64,000 nucleotides of DNA from Mobula hypostoma (lineage: Eukaryota): assembly GCF_963921235.1 (NCBI RefSeq), contig NC_086097.1, positions 55,120,001 to 55,184,000 on the forward strand, in the 5' to 3' direction. The notes beneath the pieces are model-generated. The model searched no databases and was not told where the DNA came from. It worked only from the letters and a program-made list of their open reading frames with translations. The translations under genes were made by a program, and so were the position numbers. Of the stretch, positions 48,576 through 61,672 are shown piece by piece; position 1 is the stretch's first letter, and each line of letters starts with the position of its first letter.

Positions 48576-49699
48576 ACTCTAGATCTCCTGCACTGACTAA
48601 TTTGATCCTTTGTTCCAGTGTGTGCTGGGAGACATCTGCAATTTCACCATTCTTCCCTGGGAGCTAAATTTTGTCATGGAGCAGTGGTGGGGTGGCCTGA
48701 GCTAGCTGTGCGGTAAATTGTTCAGAACCTGATGAGTTGTTGACTGAGGGAGAATGTGTACTGTGCTTACTCAGCACAATTCAAGAGAGTAATGTTTTCA
48801 TTTGGAAGAGTGAATTGTGAGTTATTCATTATGGTTGTGAATGAGGACAAAATCATCTTGAGGCCCAGTTGTCAAGCTATTGTATTAACATCTACATTTT
48901 TTTGTAGGCCTAGTCCATGCTGTGCCTGTTGAAGTCTCCAGTGTGCTTGAGTCGGTATCATAGAGTCTTCGTTGAGAATTGTGGGCAGATATAATCCAAA
49001 AAGAAACAACCTGGAGAGCACCACAAATTGGTGGATATCAATTGGGCATGTGTCACTGCTATAGTTTGGAATAAGTCACATCTTCCAATTTTGTGGCTGT
49101 GTAATCTTGACAACATTTAGACAGGAAGAAGACAGAATAGGTTTCATTTGGCAGTCAGGATGTTTTCTGTTAAGTTGCAAGTTTGAAAATGTGGGCCAGC
49201 TGCAGAATTGCACAGGTTCTGGTTTTGGTGGCAATGGGATGGTAAATTCTTTAACAGCTTGCACAACTCGATTCAACTGGCGAAATCATTAGTTTCCTCT
49301 GAATGGGCAGGTGCTGAGTTAATGTGAGATGGACGCTGATCTGTTGCTGATCATGACTCCTGATCCTGTCACCCATTATTCATCATTGTTTTAAGACAGT
49401 TGTACCCAACAAGCCAGTGAAGGCGATATACTCAACAGATCCAAGCCTACGAATAATTGGCATGGATTATAGTCTATAGTGTTGCTGTATTGTTGTTTGG
49501 AGAAGACAGTGGAAGAAATTGACTTTAATGTCATCAATCCTAAATCAATACCTGCTAATGGCTTGAAAAAATTAAAGATTAATTTTTCACATATACATGG
49601 AAACTTGCAGTGAAATGTGTTGTTTGTGTCAATGACCAACACAGTCAGAGGATGTGCTGGGGGCAGTTTCCAGCGCCAGTATAGCTTGCCCCCAACTTG

Positions 49700-49885
49700 C
49701 TGACCCTAACTTCCAGATCTTTGGAATGTGGAAAGAAAACACAGCACCCAGAGGAAATTCATGCTGTCACGGGGAGAACATACTAACTCCTTACAGACAG
49801 CAGTGGGAATTGAACCCCAATCTTCTGATCACCAATTTTAATGAAACGTTATGCTAATTGCTACACTACAATGCTGCCCTTTGAT
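49700..49885 (-). mobile_element. HE1/V-SINE-like SINE fragment
   Basis: 'ggaatgtggaaagaaaacacagcacccagaggaaa..cacggggagaacatactaactcc..gggaattgaaccc' includes the reverse complement of a tRNA B-box. Confidence 0.65.
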
Positions 49886-50454
49886 GAATAGGCAATGGCA
49901 GGGTTGTATTTGTGGTTACTGGTGGCACAGATCCTGATTTGACAATGTACAGCTTGCGTAAAGTTTAGTGAAATACAACCTGTTTTATTTGTGCATTACG
50001 AAAATATTTTAAGCCCTATTGTTCATTTAGCAAATAGATCAATGGAGGCGTAAAAAAAAACATTGGCGCAGAATGATTTTGACTTTCGGAATCCTAAAGT
50101 TAACCTGGCTCTGGCTTGTGGCTAACAGTTACTTGGCATTCTTTGGGGAAGGATTGCTGCTGTATACTGTGGCTGTGCCCTGCAGTGTTGTCATACAGAA
50201 TATGCTAGACATCAGCTCGTGTCTCTGAACACCTGCTCATACGTCTTAAAATTATTCCTGATTGCACTGATCTCTTAGCTTTATGCTTGCTATAGGTGAT
50301 GCATCAAATGTGGCACCAACCTTTACTGAAATAAAGTTTTTTTCCCACTTTACTTTGTTTAAATTAAAAGCACTAACACATGTTTTAAGTGAATTATTAT
50401 TATTAATTTCTTAAATATTTTCTAGCTGTTTCTAAAGCTCTGTTCATATCAAGG

Positions 50455-53205
50455 TGTATAGACGATTCTGTGGACGAAGTTAGGAGACCCGGATGGTAGT
50501 TTGCCTCCCTGGTGCCAGGGTCCAAGATGTTTCTGATCGCATCCAAGAGATCCTGAAGTGGGAGGGAGAGGAGCCAGAGGTCGTGGTACATATGACATAG
50601 GTTGGAAAAGGGGAGAGGTCCTGAAAGAAGAATATAGGGAGTTAGGAAGGGAGTTGAGAAAAAGGATCGCAAAGGTAGTAATCTCGGGATTACTTCCTGT
50701 GCTATGCGACAGTGAGAGTAGGAATGCAATGAGATGTAGGATAAATGTGGCTGAGGGATTGGAGCGAGGGCAGGGATTCGTGTTTTTGGATCATTGGGAC
50801 CACTATTAGTACAGGGGTGACCTGTACAGAGGGGACGGTTGCACTTGAATCGTAGGGGAATGGATATCCTAGTGGGGAGATTTGCGAGGACGACTGAGGT
50901 GACTTTAATCTAGAATGGTTGGGGGGAGGAAATCAAATTAAGGAGACTAGGAGAGGGGAGGTTGATTATAGGGGGAAAAGGAAGAAAAAGATAAAGTTTG
51001 CTCCATTAAGGATAAACAGAGTGGAAGGTGGAGAGTTTCTTAAATGCATCTATTTTAATGCTAGGAGCATTGTAAGAAAGGTGGATGAGCTTAGAGCATG
51101 GATTGATACCTGGAAATATGATGTTGTAGCTATTAGTGAAACGTGGCTGCAGGAGGGGTGTGATTGGCAACTAAATATTCCAGGATTTTTTAGTTTCAAG
51201 TGTGATAGAATAGGAGGGGCAAGAGGGGGAGGTGTTGCATTGCTTGTCAGAGAATATATGACAGCGGTGCTCTGGCAGGATAGATTAGTGGACTTGTCTA
51301 GGGAGGCGATTTGGGTGGAATTGAGGAATAGGAAAGGTGTTGTGATGCTTATAGGGGTGTATTATAGACCACCTAATGGGGAACGAGAACTGGAGGAGCA
51401 AATTTGTAAGGAGATAGCAGATATTTGTAGTAAGCACAAGGTTGTGATTGTGGGAGATTTTAATTTTCCACACATAGATTGGGAAGCCCATTCTGTAAAA
51501 GGGCTGGATGGTTTGGAGTTTGTCAAATGTGTGCAAGATAGTTTTTTGGAGCAGTACATAGAGGTACCAACTAGAGAAGGGGCAGTGTTAGATCTCCTGT
51601 TCGGGAATGAGACAGGGCAGGTGACGGAGGTATGTGTTGGGGAGCACTTCGGGTCAAGTGATCACATACCATTAGTTTCAGTGTAATTATGGAGGAGGAT
51701 AGGACTGGACCTAGGATTAAGATTTTTGATTGGAGAAAGGCTAAGTTTAAGGAGATGTGAAAGGATTTGGAAGGAGTGGATTGGGACAATTTGTTTTATG
51801 GGAAGGATGTAATAGAGAAATGGAGATCATTTAAAGGTGAAATTTTGAGGGTTCAGTATCTTTATGTTCCTGTTAGGTTGAAAGGAAAGGTTAAAAGTTT
51901 GAGAGAGCCAAGGTTTTCAAGGGAAATTGGAAACTTGGTTCAGAAAAAGAGAGGGATTTTCAATAAATATAGGCAGCTTGGAGTTAATGAGGTACTCGAG
52001 GAGTATAAAGAATGTAAAAAGAATCTTAAGAAAGAAATTAGAAAAGCTAAAAGAAGATACGAGACAAGGTTCCACACGGAAGGTTAGTTAGGAAGGTTCA
52101 ATCATTAGGCATTAATATGGAAGTAGTAAAATGGATTCAGCAGTGGCTAGGTGGGAGACGCCAGAGAGAAGCGGTGGAGTGTCAGATTGGAGGACAGTGT
52201 GTAGCGGTGTGCCTCAGGGATCTGTACTGGGTCCAGTGTTGTTTGTCATATATATTAACGATCTGGATGATGGGGTGGTAAATTGGATTAGTAAGTATGC
52301 AGATGATACTAAGATAGGTGGCGTTGTGGATGATGAGGTAGGTTTTCAAAGCTTGCAGAGAGATTTAGGACAGTTAGAAGAGTGGGCTGAAAGATGGCAG
52401 ATGGAGTTTAATGAAAAACGTGAGGTGCTACATTTTGGTAGCACTAATCAAAATAGGACATACATGGTAAATGGTAGGGCATTGAAGAATGCTGTAGAAC
52501 AGAGGGATCTAGGAATAATGGTGCATAGTTCCCAGAAGGTGGAATCTCACATGGATAGGGTGGTGAAGAAAGCTTTTGGTATGCTGGCCTTTATTAATCA
52601 GAGCATTGAGTATAGGAGTTGAGATGTAATGTTGAAATTGTATAGGGCATTGGTAAGGACAAATTTGGAGTACTGTGGACAGTTCTGGTCACCGAATTAT
52701 AGGAAAGATGTCAATAAAATTGAGAGAGTACAGAGAAGGTTTACTAAAATGTTGCCTGGGTTTCATCTCCTAAGTTAAAGAGAAAGGTTGAACAAGTTAG
52801 GTCTTTATTCTTTGGAGTGTAGAAGGTTGAGGGGGGGACTTGATAGAGGTGTTTAAAATTATGAAGGGGATTGATAGAGTTGATGTGGATAGGCCTTTTC
52901 CATTGAGAGTGGAGAAGATTCAAACAAGAGGACATGAGTGGAGTGTTAAAGGACGAAAATTTAGGGGTAACATGAGGGGGAACTTTACTCAAGGAGTAGT
53001 AGCTGTGTGGAACAAGCTTCCAGCAGAAGTGGTTGAGGCAGGTTCGATGTTGTCGTTTAAAGTTAAATTGGATAGATATATGGACAGGAAAGGAATGGAG
53101 AGTTATGGGCTGAGTGCAGGTCAGTGGGACTAGGTGAGAGTAAGAGTTCGGCACGGACTAGAAGGGCCGAGATGGCCTGTTTCCGTGCTGTAATTGTTAT
53201 ATGGT
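50455..53205 (+). mobile_element. CR1 LINE with ORF1 esterase remnant, APE and partial RT (internal deletion)
   Basis: RMVVCLPGARVQDV..EPEVVVH (SGNH esterase). ORF 50919-51686 is the APE (YFNARSI, ISETWL, VYYRPP, VGDFN, SDH). ORF 52131-52622 is RT ([17 protein letters not shown]). CR1 3' UTR present. Confidence 0.93.
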
Positions 53206-53947
53206 TTAGGAATAGTATAAACCACCTTAAATACTTGGCTTAGAATATTTCAGTATATTTATAAAACAAATTGTATCTCAATATACTCGATAGGCAGGGC
53301 CATGGTGTCTGTTGCCCTTGATGTCATTAGCACTTCCAAGTTCCTCAGTCTTGCAGAATGCTGCAGCAGAGGTGGGCAGAGGACAATCAATTTTACCAGA
53401 CAGTTTTGCTTTTGTGCTTTCCGATTGGGGCAGACTCAAGTACAATCAGTAGATTCTGACTCTTAGCTATTTTAAGGAAGAATGTTGTTAAATTAATAAC
53501 ATTTTTTAGAACCTGAATACATTTTCTGTTTAGAAAGTTTGATTTGTAGGCTTAGAAAGTCAACTTTATATTACCAGCTATCCATTTACAAGCAGTATTC
53601 AAGTCAAGATTTGCTGAGTATACTTCAGCCTAGATGATGAGTATATTCAACTATCTTGCAGGTGCAGAGTGCTGTGGTTAGAGATGTCATGCTCAAAGAT
53701 AACAAAATGGATATGCAAATTCCTTTACTGGTCCATTTGTAATCTGCTGTGCTGAACTTTCCTTCTCACACAGTCGTGGAAAAGTGTTCATAATTCTGTT
53801 TAGTTATACTTGTGGCTTTCTGGAAGTTAGTTGACATTGCAGTGTATCTGGTTGTAATCCATAGATTCAAGGGAATTCCAGTTTCTTCTTGTACCCACAG
53901 ATTTGCATGAGTGTGGACAGGTATTTGCCTTGTCTTGTATATACATG

Positions 53948-54328
53948 CACTCAGATACCACTGGGTGCATGTTTCTGGTCTTTTGCTGTTGCAGCCCATC
54001 CACTTAAAGGTTCAACAGGTTGTGTGTTCAGAGATGTTCTTCTGCACATGTGAATATTTGAGTTATTATTATCTTTCTGTCAGCTTGAACCAGTTTGGCT
54101 GTTCTCCTCTGTTCTCTCTCATTAACAAGGTGTTTTTGCCCACAGAAATGCAACACACTGGATGTTTTTTGTTTGTCACGCCATTTTCTGTAAACTTCAG
54201 AGACTATTGTGTGTGAAAATCCCAGATCAGTGGTTTGTGCATTGAGTTGCTGCCACATGATTGGCTGATTAGATATTTGCATTAACAAGCAGGTATACAG
54301 GTGTACCTAATAAAGAGGCCACGGAGTG
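53948..54328 (-). mobile_element. Tc1-like non-autonomous element
   Basis: End 'ggtgtacctaataaagaggccacggagtg|ta'. Transposase N-terminal remnant GFSHTIVSEVYRKW..CGQKHLVNEREQRRTAKLVQADRK. Confidence 0.75.
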
Positions 54329-54931
54329 TATGTGGATAAGAAATTTGATTACAAGAATTGCTGCCGGTTTAACTTTGCTGTGTCGAACTTCTCTTCGCAG
54401 ATGGAAGGTGTACTTCCACTTATGATAGAACTCTGTGTATATTTGAATACAAGCTCTTACTGTCTCATTGCACTTATTTTAGTTGCTCAGAGGTCAATTG
54501 GGGGCTGCACTTTAGAATTTTAAAATATTTCTGTGAATTGGAATAGGCGCATGAATGGAGCAGAATAAATAACTATGACTTTCATTTGGCTTGTGATCTT
54601 TTTAATCTTGCTTTGCTGAGTGCAGTATCCCAGCAGGAATGCCTTGGATAACTCTAGTGCAGTTAAATTACCAAAACAACAATACAACCCAGTGACACTC
54701 CCCCCCCCCCCCCCAGATAAAAACATGCTAGATGGCATTTCGGCTTTGACAGTTGCCCGGAGTAATTTGTAGCTAGTTTTTGGAATTTGCTTCTTCAATG
54801 TAACGAATATTAGAATTTTAATTTCATAGAATCTTCCAGAACTGTATAAATTTAAATATTCATAGAAGGCAGATAATGTACTGAATGACTTTTTATTATG
54901 TTGGTGCTGATTATATTAACTTTCTTTTCAG

Positions 54932-55062
54932 AAAATGCAGATATAAAATTTAAAGATTTTCTCTCTTCTTTGAAAACTATGACATTCACTGAGGAGGAGG
55001 CTCTCTATGTTGCTGAGATTCTAAAAGATAAAGCTGTGGTGATTCAGGATATTTGGCAGAAA
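54932..55062 (+). CDS. KTN1: Kinectin exon 5
   Basis: ttttcag|AA ... AAA|GTAAGT, 131 nt, phase 1-0. ENADIKFKDFLSSLKTMTFTEEEALYVAEILKDK matches kinectin ENAEVKFKDFLLSLKTMMFSEDEAL. Confidence 0.95.
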
Positions 55063-55689
55063 GTAAGTGTTTATTTATTGAGTAAAATAATTATGAAGCA
55101 TGAGGCACACCATCTGGCCAAACGTGTTTCAACTAATACACTCAACAGATCTTCTAATGGTGCATTTAAGCTATAATTCGAAGCAGTCACTTGAATTTGT
55201 TAGCTTGTTTTTATTTGCTTGCATGCTGCTTATTGTTTTAGTGCATAAATATTCGGGAAGACAGGTTTCAGTTTCTGTATTCTTCCTTGAGAAAAATCTC
55301 TTCTTTTTGGCATTAGTCATGCTGTTCCTCTTCATACCCTTCTCAGTGCATTTTATTTGGTGAATGGTGACAAATACTGAAAATAGTATAATATTTATTA
55401 GAAGTTCACCTTAAATTCTGTAAGTATGTAAATCAGATTACAGGGAAACTAAGAATTATGTACCAGATTGTTTGTGGCGGTTTTAAGTCAACTACCCTCA
55501 TTATATTTAATTTATCCGGTCCTTGCTTCACATTGAACTTCATGAGTAGGGAATATTTTCATTCTTACCTTTTGCTTGGTGTATTCAATAAAATCTACAC
55601 CAATTAAATTAATACGGACAGGATAACAGATCCAAATAGCAAGTGATTTATTCATTCCACAATTGAGATTTTTTCCATAATTTACTTTG

Positions 55690-56400
55690 TTTCAAAGGTC
55701 ATTTATTATCTAAGTGTGTATACTATATACAGCTTTGAGATTTGTCTCCTTACAAGCAGCCACAAAACAAAGAAATACAATAGAGCCCATTTTTTTATAT
55801 TAAAAAAAAGACCTTCAATGTGCGGGGGGGGGAATAAATTGTGCAAACAATAAAAGTAAGCAAATAACATTTGGAGTTGAAGTATACTGCCACAAAGCCA
55901 GCCACAGCTGATCAGGGAGCCTGTTAGTTGCAGGCCACAGCGTTAGTTCAGCACAGAGATGAGTAACCTTGCAAGCATTAGGTCACAGCCGACCCTGACC
56001 CTTGACCTTTTCAGTCTGGTCTAGCACTGAAATCAGTCAGACTTTGTCTTGTTCCTCGCTCTTGGCCCATCACATCAATCTTGCCTGTCCTCAGATCTGC
56101 CACCTCGAGTTGTCTCCGAGTCTACTCCAGCAGCAGAATGTTGGGTTGTTCCCCATCTCAGGCCCTGGCCCCGCCATCTTGATTCGCCCTGTACACACCA
56201 TGCCACAGCTGTGCTGCACCTTCGAAACTTCAGTTCACACTACAAAAACGTATGGTCGTATAGGCGGTTCAAAAGCTCAATTCTGAAGGCGAAGTAGTAG
56301 TAGCAGCAGTGATAGTTTACCAGAAAAAGTGAGTAATAAAGTGGTTCATGGTTGTGTTTGCTGCCAGCAACTCATTGTTGTGCTTCACTAGTGCCATGTT
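55690..56400 (-). mobile_element. Decayed LINE-related repeat (Rex1-like 3' end)
   Basis: Begins 'ttcaaaggtcatttattatc..tatacagctttgagatttgtctcc', like the Rex1-type tails elsewhere in the window. Confidence 0.4.
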
Positions 56401-56605
56401 AAACCAGAAGCACTTGTAGTTGTTGGACACAAGCAAACATTTGGAAATGCAAGAAAGGGTTCAGAAATCATGTTTATGGATGATTAAATGATTTGTCTTT
56501 ACTTTGAACATTCCTTTGTGCTTTATTCAGTCTTGGTTTCATTGTAAAAGCATTTCTTTTAAAAGAATGTAGCACTCATCTATTGATATTCATGTTCTTC
56601 TCTAG

Positions 56606-56728
56606 CCTGGAGTAAAATGTGACCCAGTTCCTAGTTTACAGCAGCAATTACAAGATAAAGAAAAATTGCTTAGAGCTCTTCAAGATGAAGTTGCGCTTGC
56701 AAATGACAAGTGCAAACAATTAAACCAG
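56606..56728 (+). CDS. KTN1: Kinectin exon 6 (start of coiled coil; not in the ORF track)
   Basis: ctctag|CCT ... CAG|GTAGTG, 123 nt, phase 0-0. PGVKCDPVPSLQQQLQDKEKLLRALQDEVALANDKCKQLNQ resembles kinectin QLQEKDKLLAAVKEDAAATKDRCKQLTQ. Confidence 0.93.
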
Positions 56729-57579
56729 GTAGTGTTTTTTAATAAAATGTTAGATTATGGTTTGTGTATGGCATTGTAACAGGCAAATTTTCCTTGATAA
56801 CTGATGCTTATGTAAACTTCTTAATTTAGAGATCAAATTCTCTCTTACTATTTCAATATAATAGTGGGAAAATGGTTTTTGGGCTAAAACAGAAAATACT
56901 GCAAATAGCTCAGTAGGTCAGACTATCTGTGGGGGGGGTGGTGAATCTCAATATTTGGGGTTAAACAATTTGTCAGAACAGTTTTGTTTTAATAGATTTT
57001 CAGTCTCCACACTGTCTATCTTATATACTTCGTGAGTTCGCATGTGGAAAATAATTAACTCTGACTAGCATAGTTTCTGGGCAGAATTGGCATCAGATGT
57101 ATTTTTTGTTACAAGAGCCTTGAGAAGGTTTGAAGCAGTTGGATACATTTGTAGTAATATACAAAACAAATGATAGCGGGTTTCACTTGATGCACCTCAG
57201 GTGGAGCTTAGTTGAGCAGACAAAAATAGAGATGAGTTTTCATATCAGTGGCATTTAGGTGGTAGTTTATTTAAGGGCCCTTGGAGACTTGCCATCGTGT
57301 CAGTATTGGTGATTAACAGGGATCTTAAGAATACATAAAAGCATAATTTATCTTTTTAAAATAGTATTTGGGATAGTAAAAAATAATGCATTTATTATTT
57401 TTAATTGGTCCTTTTTTTTTAGTGAATTGCCAACAGTTATTAAGTTGAACCACACATTCTCTAAAGCAGCCCATTATGACATTGCCAAAGAAACCAGTCA
57501 TACCATTTTATTGTGCTCTTAAAATTATGTCTAACTCTTAAGCAGAAATTATGACCATTATTTACATAAAATACATCTG

Positions 57580-58300
57580 TAGCATCACAGAGCTCTGCAG
57601 AACAGAAACAGGCTCTTTGGCCCATCTAGTCACTGCCAAACTCTTATCTTGCCAACCCTATCAACCTGCACTTAGACCCACAGTCCTCCAAACCCCTCCC
57701 ATTCATGTAGTTATCTGAACATCTCTCAAATGATCCATATTCACTACTTCCGCTGGCAACTTATTCCACACTTGCACCCACATCTGAACGAAGAAACTCC
57801 CCCTCAGGTTCCCCTTAAATATTTCACCTTTCTATCTACCTATGACACCAATTTCAAGGAGTTGTGGATCTGTATTCCCAGATTCTTTTGTTCTACAACG
57901 CCGCTCAGTGCCTTCTGCCTCGGTATTCCTACCCTGGTTTGCCCTCCCAATGTGCAACACCTCGCATTTGCCTGCTTTAAATTCCATCTATCATTTTTTT
58001 TCCCAGCCAATTTTTCCAGCTGGTCCTGATGCTACTGAAAGCTTTGGTAGCCACTCTTGCTGTCCTCTGCACTCTAATCTTTGCATCATCTGCAAATGTT
58101 CTGATCCAGATTACCACACTATCATCTAAGTCATTAATATAGATGGTCAACAACAATGGACAGAGCCCTGATCGCTGTAATGCACTCCTGATAATAGGCC
58201 TTCAATGAGAAGCAACCATTAACCACCACTGGCTTCTCCTGCTAAGCCAGTGTTGAATCCAATTTACTACTTTATCTTGAATTCTAAACAACAGAACCTT
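57580..58300 (-). mobile_element. Decayed CR1 3' fragment
   Basis: Reverse-complement similarity to the CR1 RT and 3' UTR at 52.2-53.2 kb. Confidence 0.75.
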
Positions 58301-58579
58301 CAGATTCATTTATCTGATGCTAATTTGTGTAGAATATCTAGGAAACCATTGGGGAAACTTAATTCAGATTGGAGATGTAAGAGAATGGCTTCATAAAGAT
58401 AAGAACCCAGAAAATGTATCAGTGGTAACATCTATAGTATCCTAAATTTTAATCAAGTCTAGAAGGAGAGGACATTCAAAGGCAGAATGCTGATAAGGTG
58501 AAAAACATTTTCATGATTAAGTGAAAGCTATTAGAAATGTTACACTATAAATTGTATGCAACCAAGACAATTATAACAG

Positions 58580-59910
58580 GAAAGCATTGGAGCTGATGTT
58601 GTTCCGTTGTTTAAGAAAGGCTGTAAGAATAAGCCTGGAAATTATAGACCAATGACCTTGATGTAAGTAGCGGGTAACTAATTGAAAGGTATTTCAAGGG
58701 ACCAGATATAAGTATTTGGATAGACAGGGATGTAGTCCACATAGCTTTGGGCATGGTAAGTTGTGTCTAACCAATCTTATACAGTGTTTCGAGGAGTTAC
58801 CAGGAAAGTTGAAGGAAAAGCAGTGGAGACGGTTTAAATGGACTTCAGGAAGGCCTTTGAGAAGGTCCCACATGGGAGTTTGGTCAAGAAGGTTCAGTCG
58901 CTTGGCATTCAGAATGAGGTAGTAAATTGTATTCGACAATGGCTTCAATGGTGAAGCCAGGCAGTGGTTGCAGATGCTTGCCTCTCTCACTGCAGGGATT
59001 GGTGCTGGATCCAATGTTTGTCTTCTGTATCAACCATCTGGATAATAATGTAATAAACTGGATCATCATATTTACGGATAACACCAAGATTGGGGGCATA
59101 GTGGACAGTAAGCAAGACTATTAAAGCTTGTAGCATGATCTGGAAAAGCTGGTAAAACGCGCTGAAAATGGCAGATGGAATTTCATGTAGACAAGTATGA
59201 GGTGTTATGTTTTGTGAAGATAAACCAGGGTAGGATTTGGACAGTAAATGGTAGGGCACTGAAGAATGCAGTAGAACAGGGGGATCTGGGAATGCAGATT
59301 CATAACTCATTGAAAGTGGTGTCACAGGTCGATAGGGTCATAAAGTGTGTTTTTGGCACTTTGACCTTCTTAAATCAAAGTATTGAGTCCAGGAGTTGAG
59401 ATGTTACACTGAAGTTGTACAACATGTTGGTGAAGGCTAGTTTGGAGTATTGTGTGCTGTTCTGGTCACCTATCTACAGGAATGATATCAATAAGATTGA
59501 TAGAGTACAACAAAATTTCCAAGGATGTTGCCAGGACTTGAGGACCTGAGTTATAAGAAAAGGTTGAATAGGTTAGGACTTTATTCTCTAGAGCGAAGGA
59601 GAATGAAAAGACATTTGAAAGAGGTATACAAAATAGAGGGGTATAGATAAGATAAATACAAGCTGACTTTTTCCACTGATGTTGGGTTAAGGGTGAAATA
59701 CTTAATGAGATCATGAAGGAAACCTCTTCGTGTAGAATGTGGTGAGAGTGTGGAATGAGCTGCCATTTAACCAAAGTGTGGATAAGTGCATGAATGGGAG
59801 AGGTATGGAGGACTAGGATTCAGGTTGATGGGACTAGGCAGAAGAATAGGCCAGTGTGGACTGGATGAGCTAAAGGGCTTATTTCTGTGCTGTAGTACTT
59901 TATGACTGTA
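58580..59910 (+). mobile_element. Decayed CR1 RT to 3' end
   Basis: Peptides DVVPLFKKG..PGNYRP, CLTNLIQCFE and FTDNTKIGGIVDS; CR1 3' UTR. Confidence 0.88.
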
Positions 59911-60182
59911 GATGTCTAAATTGCTGCAATAAGCATGCATGCAAAACTCATTCACTGAAACATCTATATTAAAAGATAGCATACTTTGTTTTCTTGAATG
60001 TTTAGGGTTGTCTTGAAGGAATAACTATTGTGGAAAAACTGTGCTGGTTTGGATTTGAACTCTAATAATTACTACTTGTGCAGCCTTCCCTATCATTCTG
60101 AGAAAATACCATTGATATTATTGGCAGTACTGATGCAGATTTTTCTGTCTTGTTTTAACTATGATTTTGGTAATTATTTTAG

Positions 60183-60326
60183 GAGTTGGTGACAGAAAAG
60201 CAGAAAGCTAATGTAGTTGAGACCAAATTAAGGGAACAACGCAGTACTCTTGAAAAAGAACTGGGAGCTCTGCAAAACAAGCTGCAGGTCAGCTACCAAG
60301 ATCATATGAATGAAACTCAGATGCAG
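60183..60326 (+). CDS. KTN1: Kinectin exon 7 (not in the ORF track)
   Basis: ttttag|GAG ... CAG|GTAAAT, 144 nt, phase 0-0. ELVTEKQKANVVETKLREQRSTLEKELGALQNKLQVSYQDHMNETQMQ resembles kinectin EMMTEKERSNVV..TLEKEHNVFQNKIHVSYQETQQMQ. Confidence 0.93.
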
Positions 60327-60823
60327 GTAAATCAAAGTCAAGTTCCCATTAGGATCTCTAATTAATGAGTTGTTGCAAATTTGAATTGTCGCTAAAGTAT
60401 ATGCTTGCATTTATCATTTTCAATCTTAAACTTGTTTAAAGAGGCCAGCTCAGTTTGGAGGGCCTGAAATGAGAGTGTGTTTCTCAGCGGGGAGAGTTTA
60501 TTACAGAATGGTTACAGAACAAAAGGAGACCATTCAGGTCAATGTGTCTTCACCAACTCTCTAATTCCACCCCATGCTGCTTCTCCAAAGAGTTGCAATT
60601 TTTTCTTTGTTTCATATTTATCCAATTCATTTTTGAAGGCCAAAATGGAATCTATCTCTGTGGATTAGCAATACCTTCGGGATTACAACCACCCTACAGT
60701 GACATGAGGGAAAATGCTTCAGTCTTCTTCCCTTTCATTTTATACCCGTAAAGTCTTGGGATTGACCCCATAAGCAATATAAACTGTGTTTGTGTAACCA
60801 TTCTGTCCAGACTCATTGTTTTA

Positions 60824-61672
60824 CAGTAGTGCTAAAAAGTTTGTGAGCCCTGCCGAATTTTCTCTATTTCTGCAATAAATTGACTTAAACTGTGATCAGA
60901 TCTTTTTGCACATCCTAAAATTAGATGAAGAGAACCCAATTAAAATAAATAACAATAAATTATACCTAAAAGTTGCTGGTGAATGCAGCAGGCCAGGCAG
61001 CACCTCTAGGAAGAGGTGCAGTCGATGTTTCAGGCCGAGACCCAATTATACCTTTTCATTTTATTTATTGAGAAAAATGATCCAGTATCACATGTATTTG
61101 TTGAAGGAAAAAATATGTGAACCTTTGCTTTCAGTAACTGGTGTGACCCCCTTGTACAGCAATAACTTCAACCAAACATTTCCAGTAATTGTTGATCAGT
61201 CCTGCACATCGGCTTGGAGGAACTTTAGGCCATTCCTCTTTACAAAAACTGCTTCAGCTCTGGGATGTTGGTGGGCTTCCTTTCATGAACTGCTTGCTTC
61301 AGGTCCTTCCGCAACATTTCTATAGAGGACTTTGACTCAGCCATTCCAAAACATGAATTTTTTAAATCATTCTGTGTTGATTTACTCTTATCTTGGGTCA
61401 TTGTCTTGTTGCATTATCCATCTTCTACTAAGCTTCAGGTGACAGACTGCTACCTTGATATTCTTCTGTAAAATGTCTTGGTAGAATTTTGAATTCATTG
61501 TTCCCTCAACAATTGCAAGCCGTTTTGGCCCTGAGGTAACAAAGTAGCATGATGCTCCCTCCACCATGTTTCACAGTTGGGATGAGGTTTTGGTGTTGGT
61601 GTGCAGTGTCATTCTTCCTCCAAACATAGTGATGTGTATGTCTGCCAAAAAGTTCAACTTTTTTCTCATCTG
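60824..61672 (-). mobile_element. Tc1 transposon fragment
   Basis: TA|cagtagtgctaaaaagtttgtgagccc TIR. Transposase motifs DEKKVELFG..VWRK..PTVKHGGGSIM, QQDNDP and EWLSQS. Confidence 0.88.
60968..61043 (-). mobile_element. 76-bp PLE terminal fragment with 10-bp TSD
   Basis: Matches 7416-7490. TSD aattatacct at 60958-60967 and 61044-61053. Confidence 0.85.
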
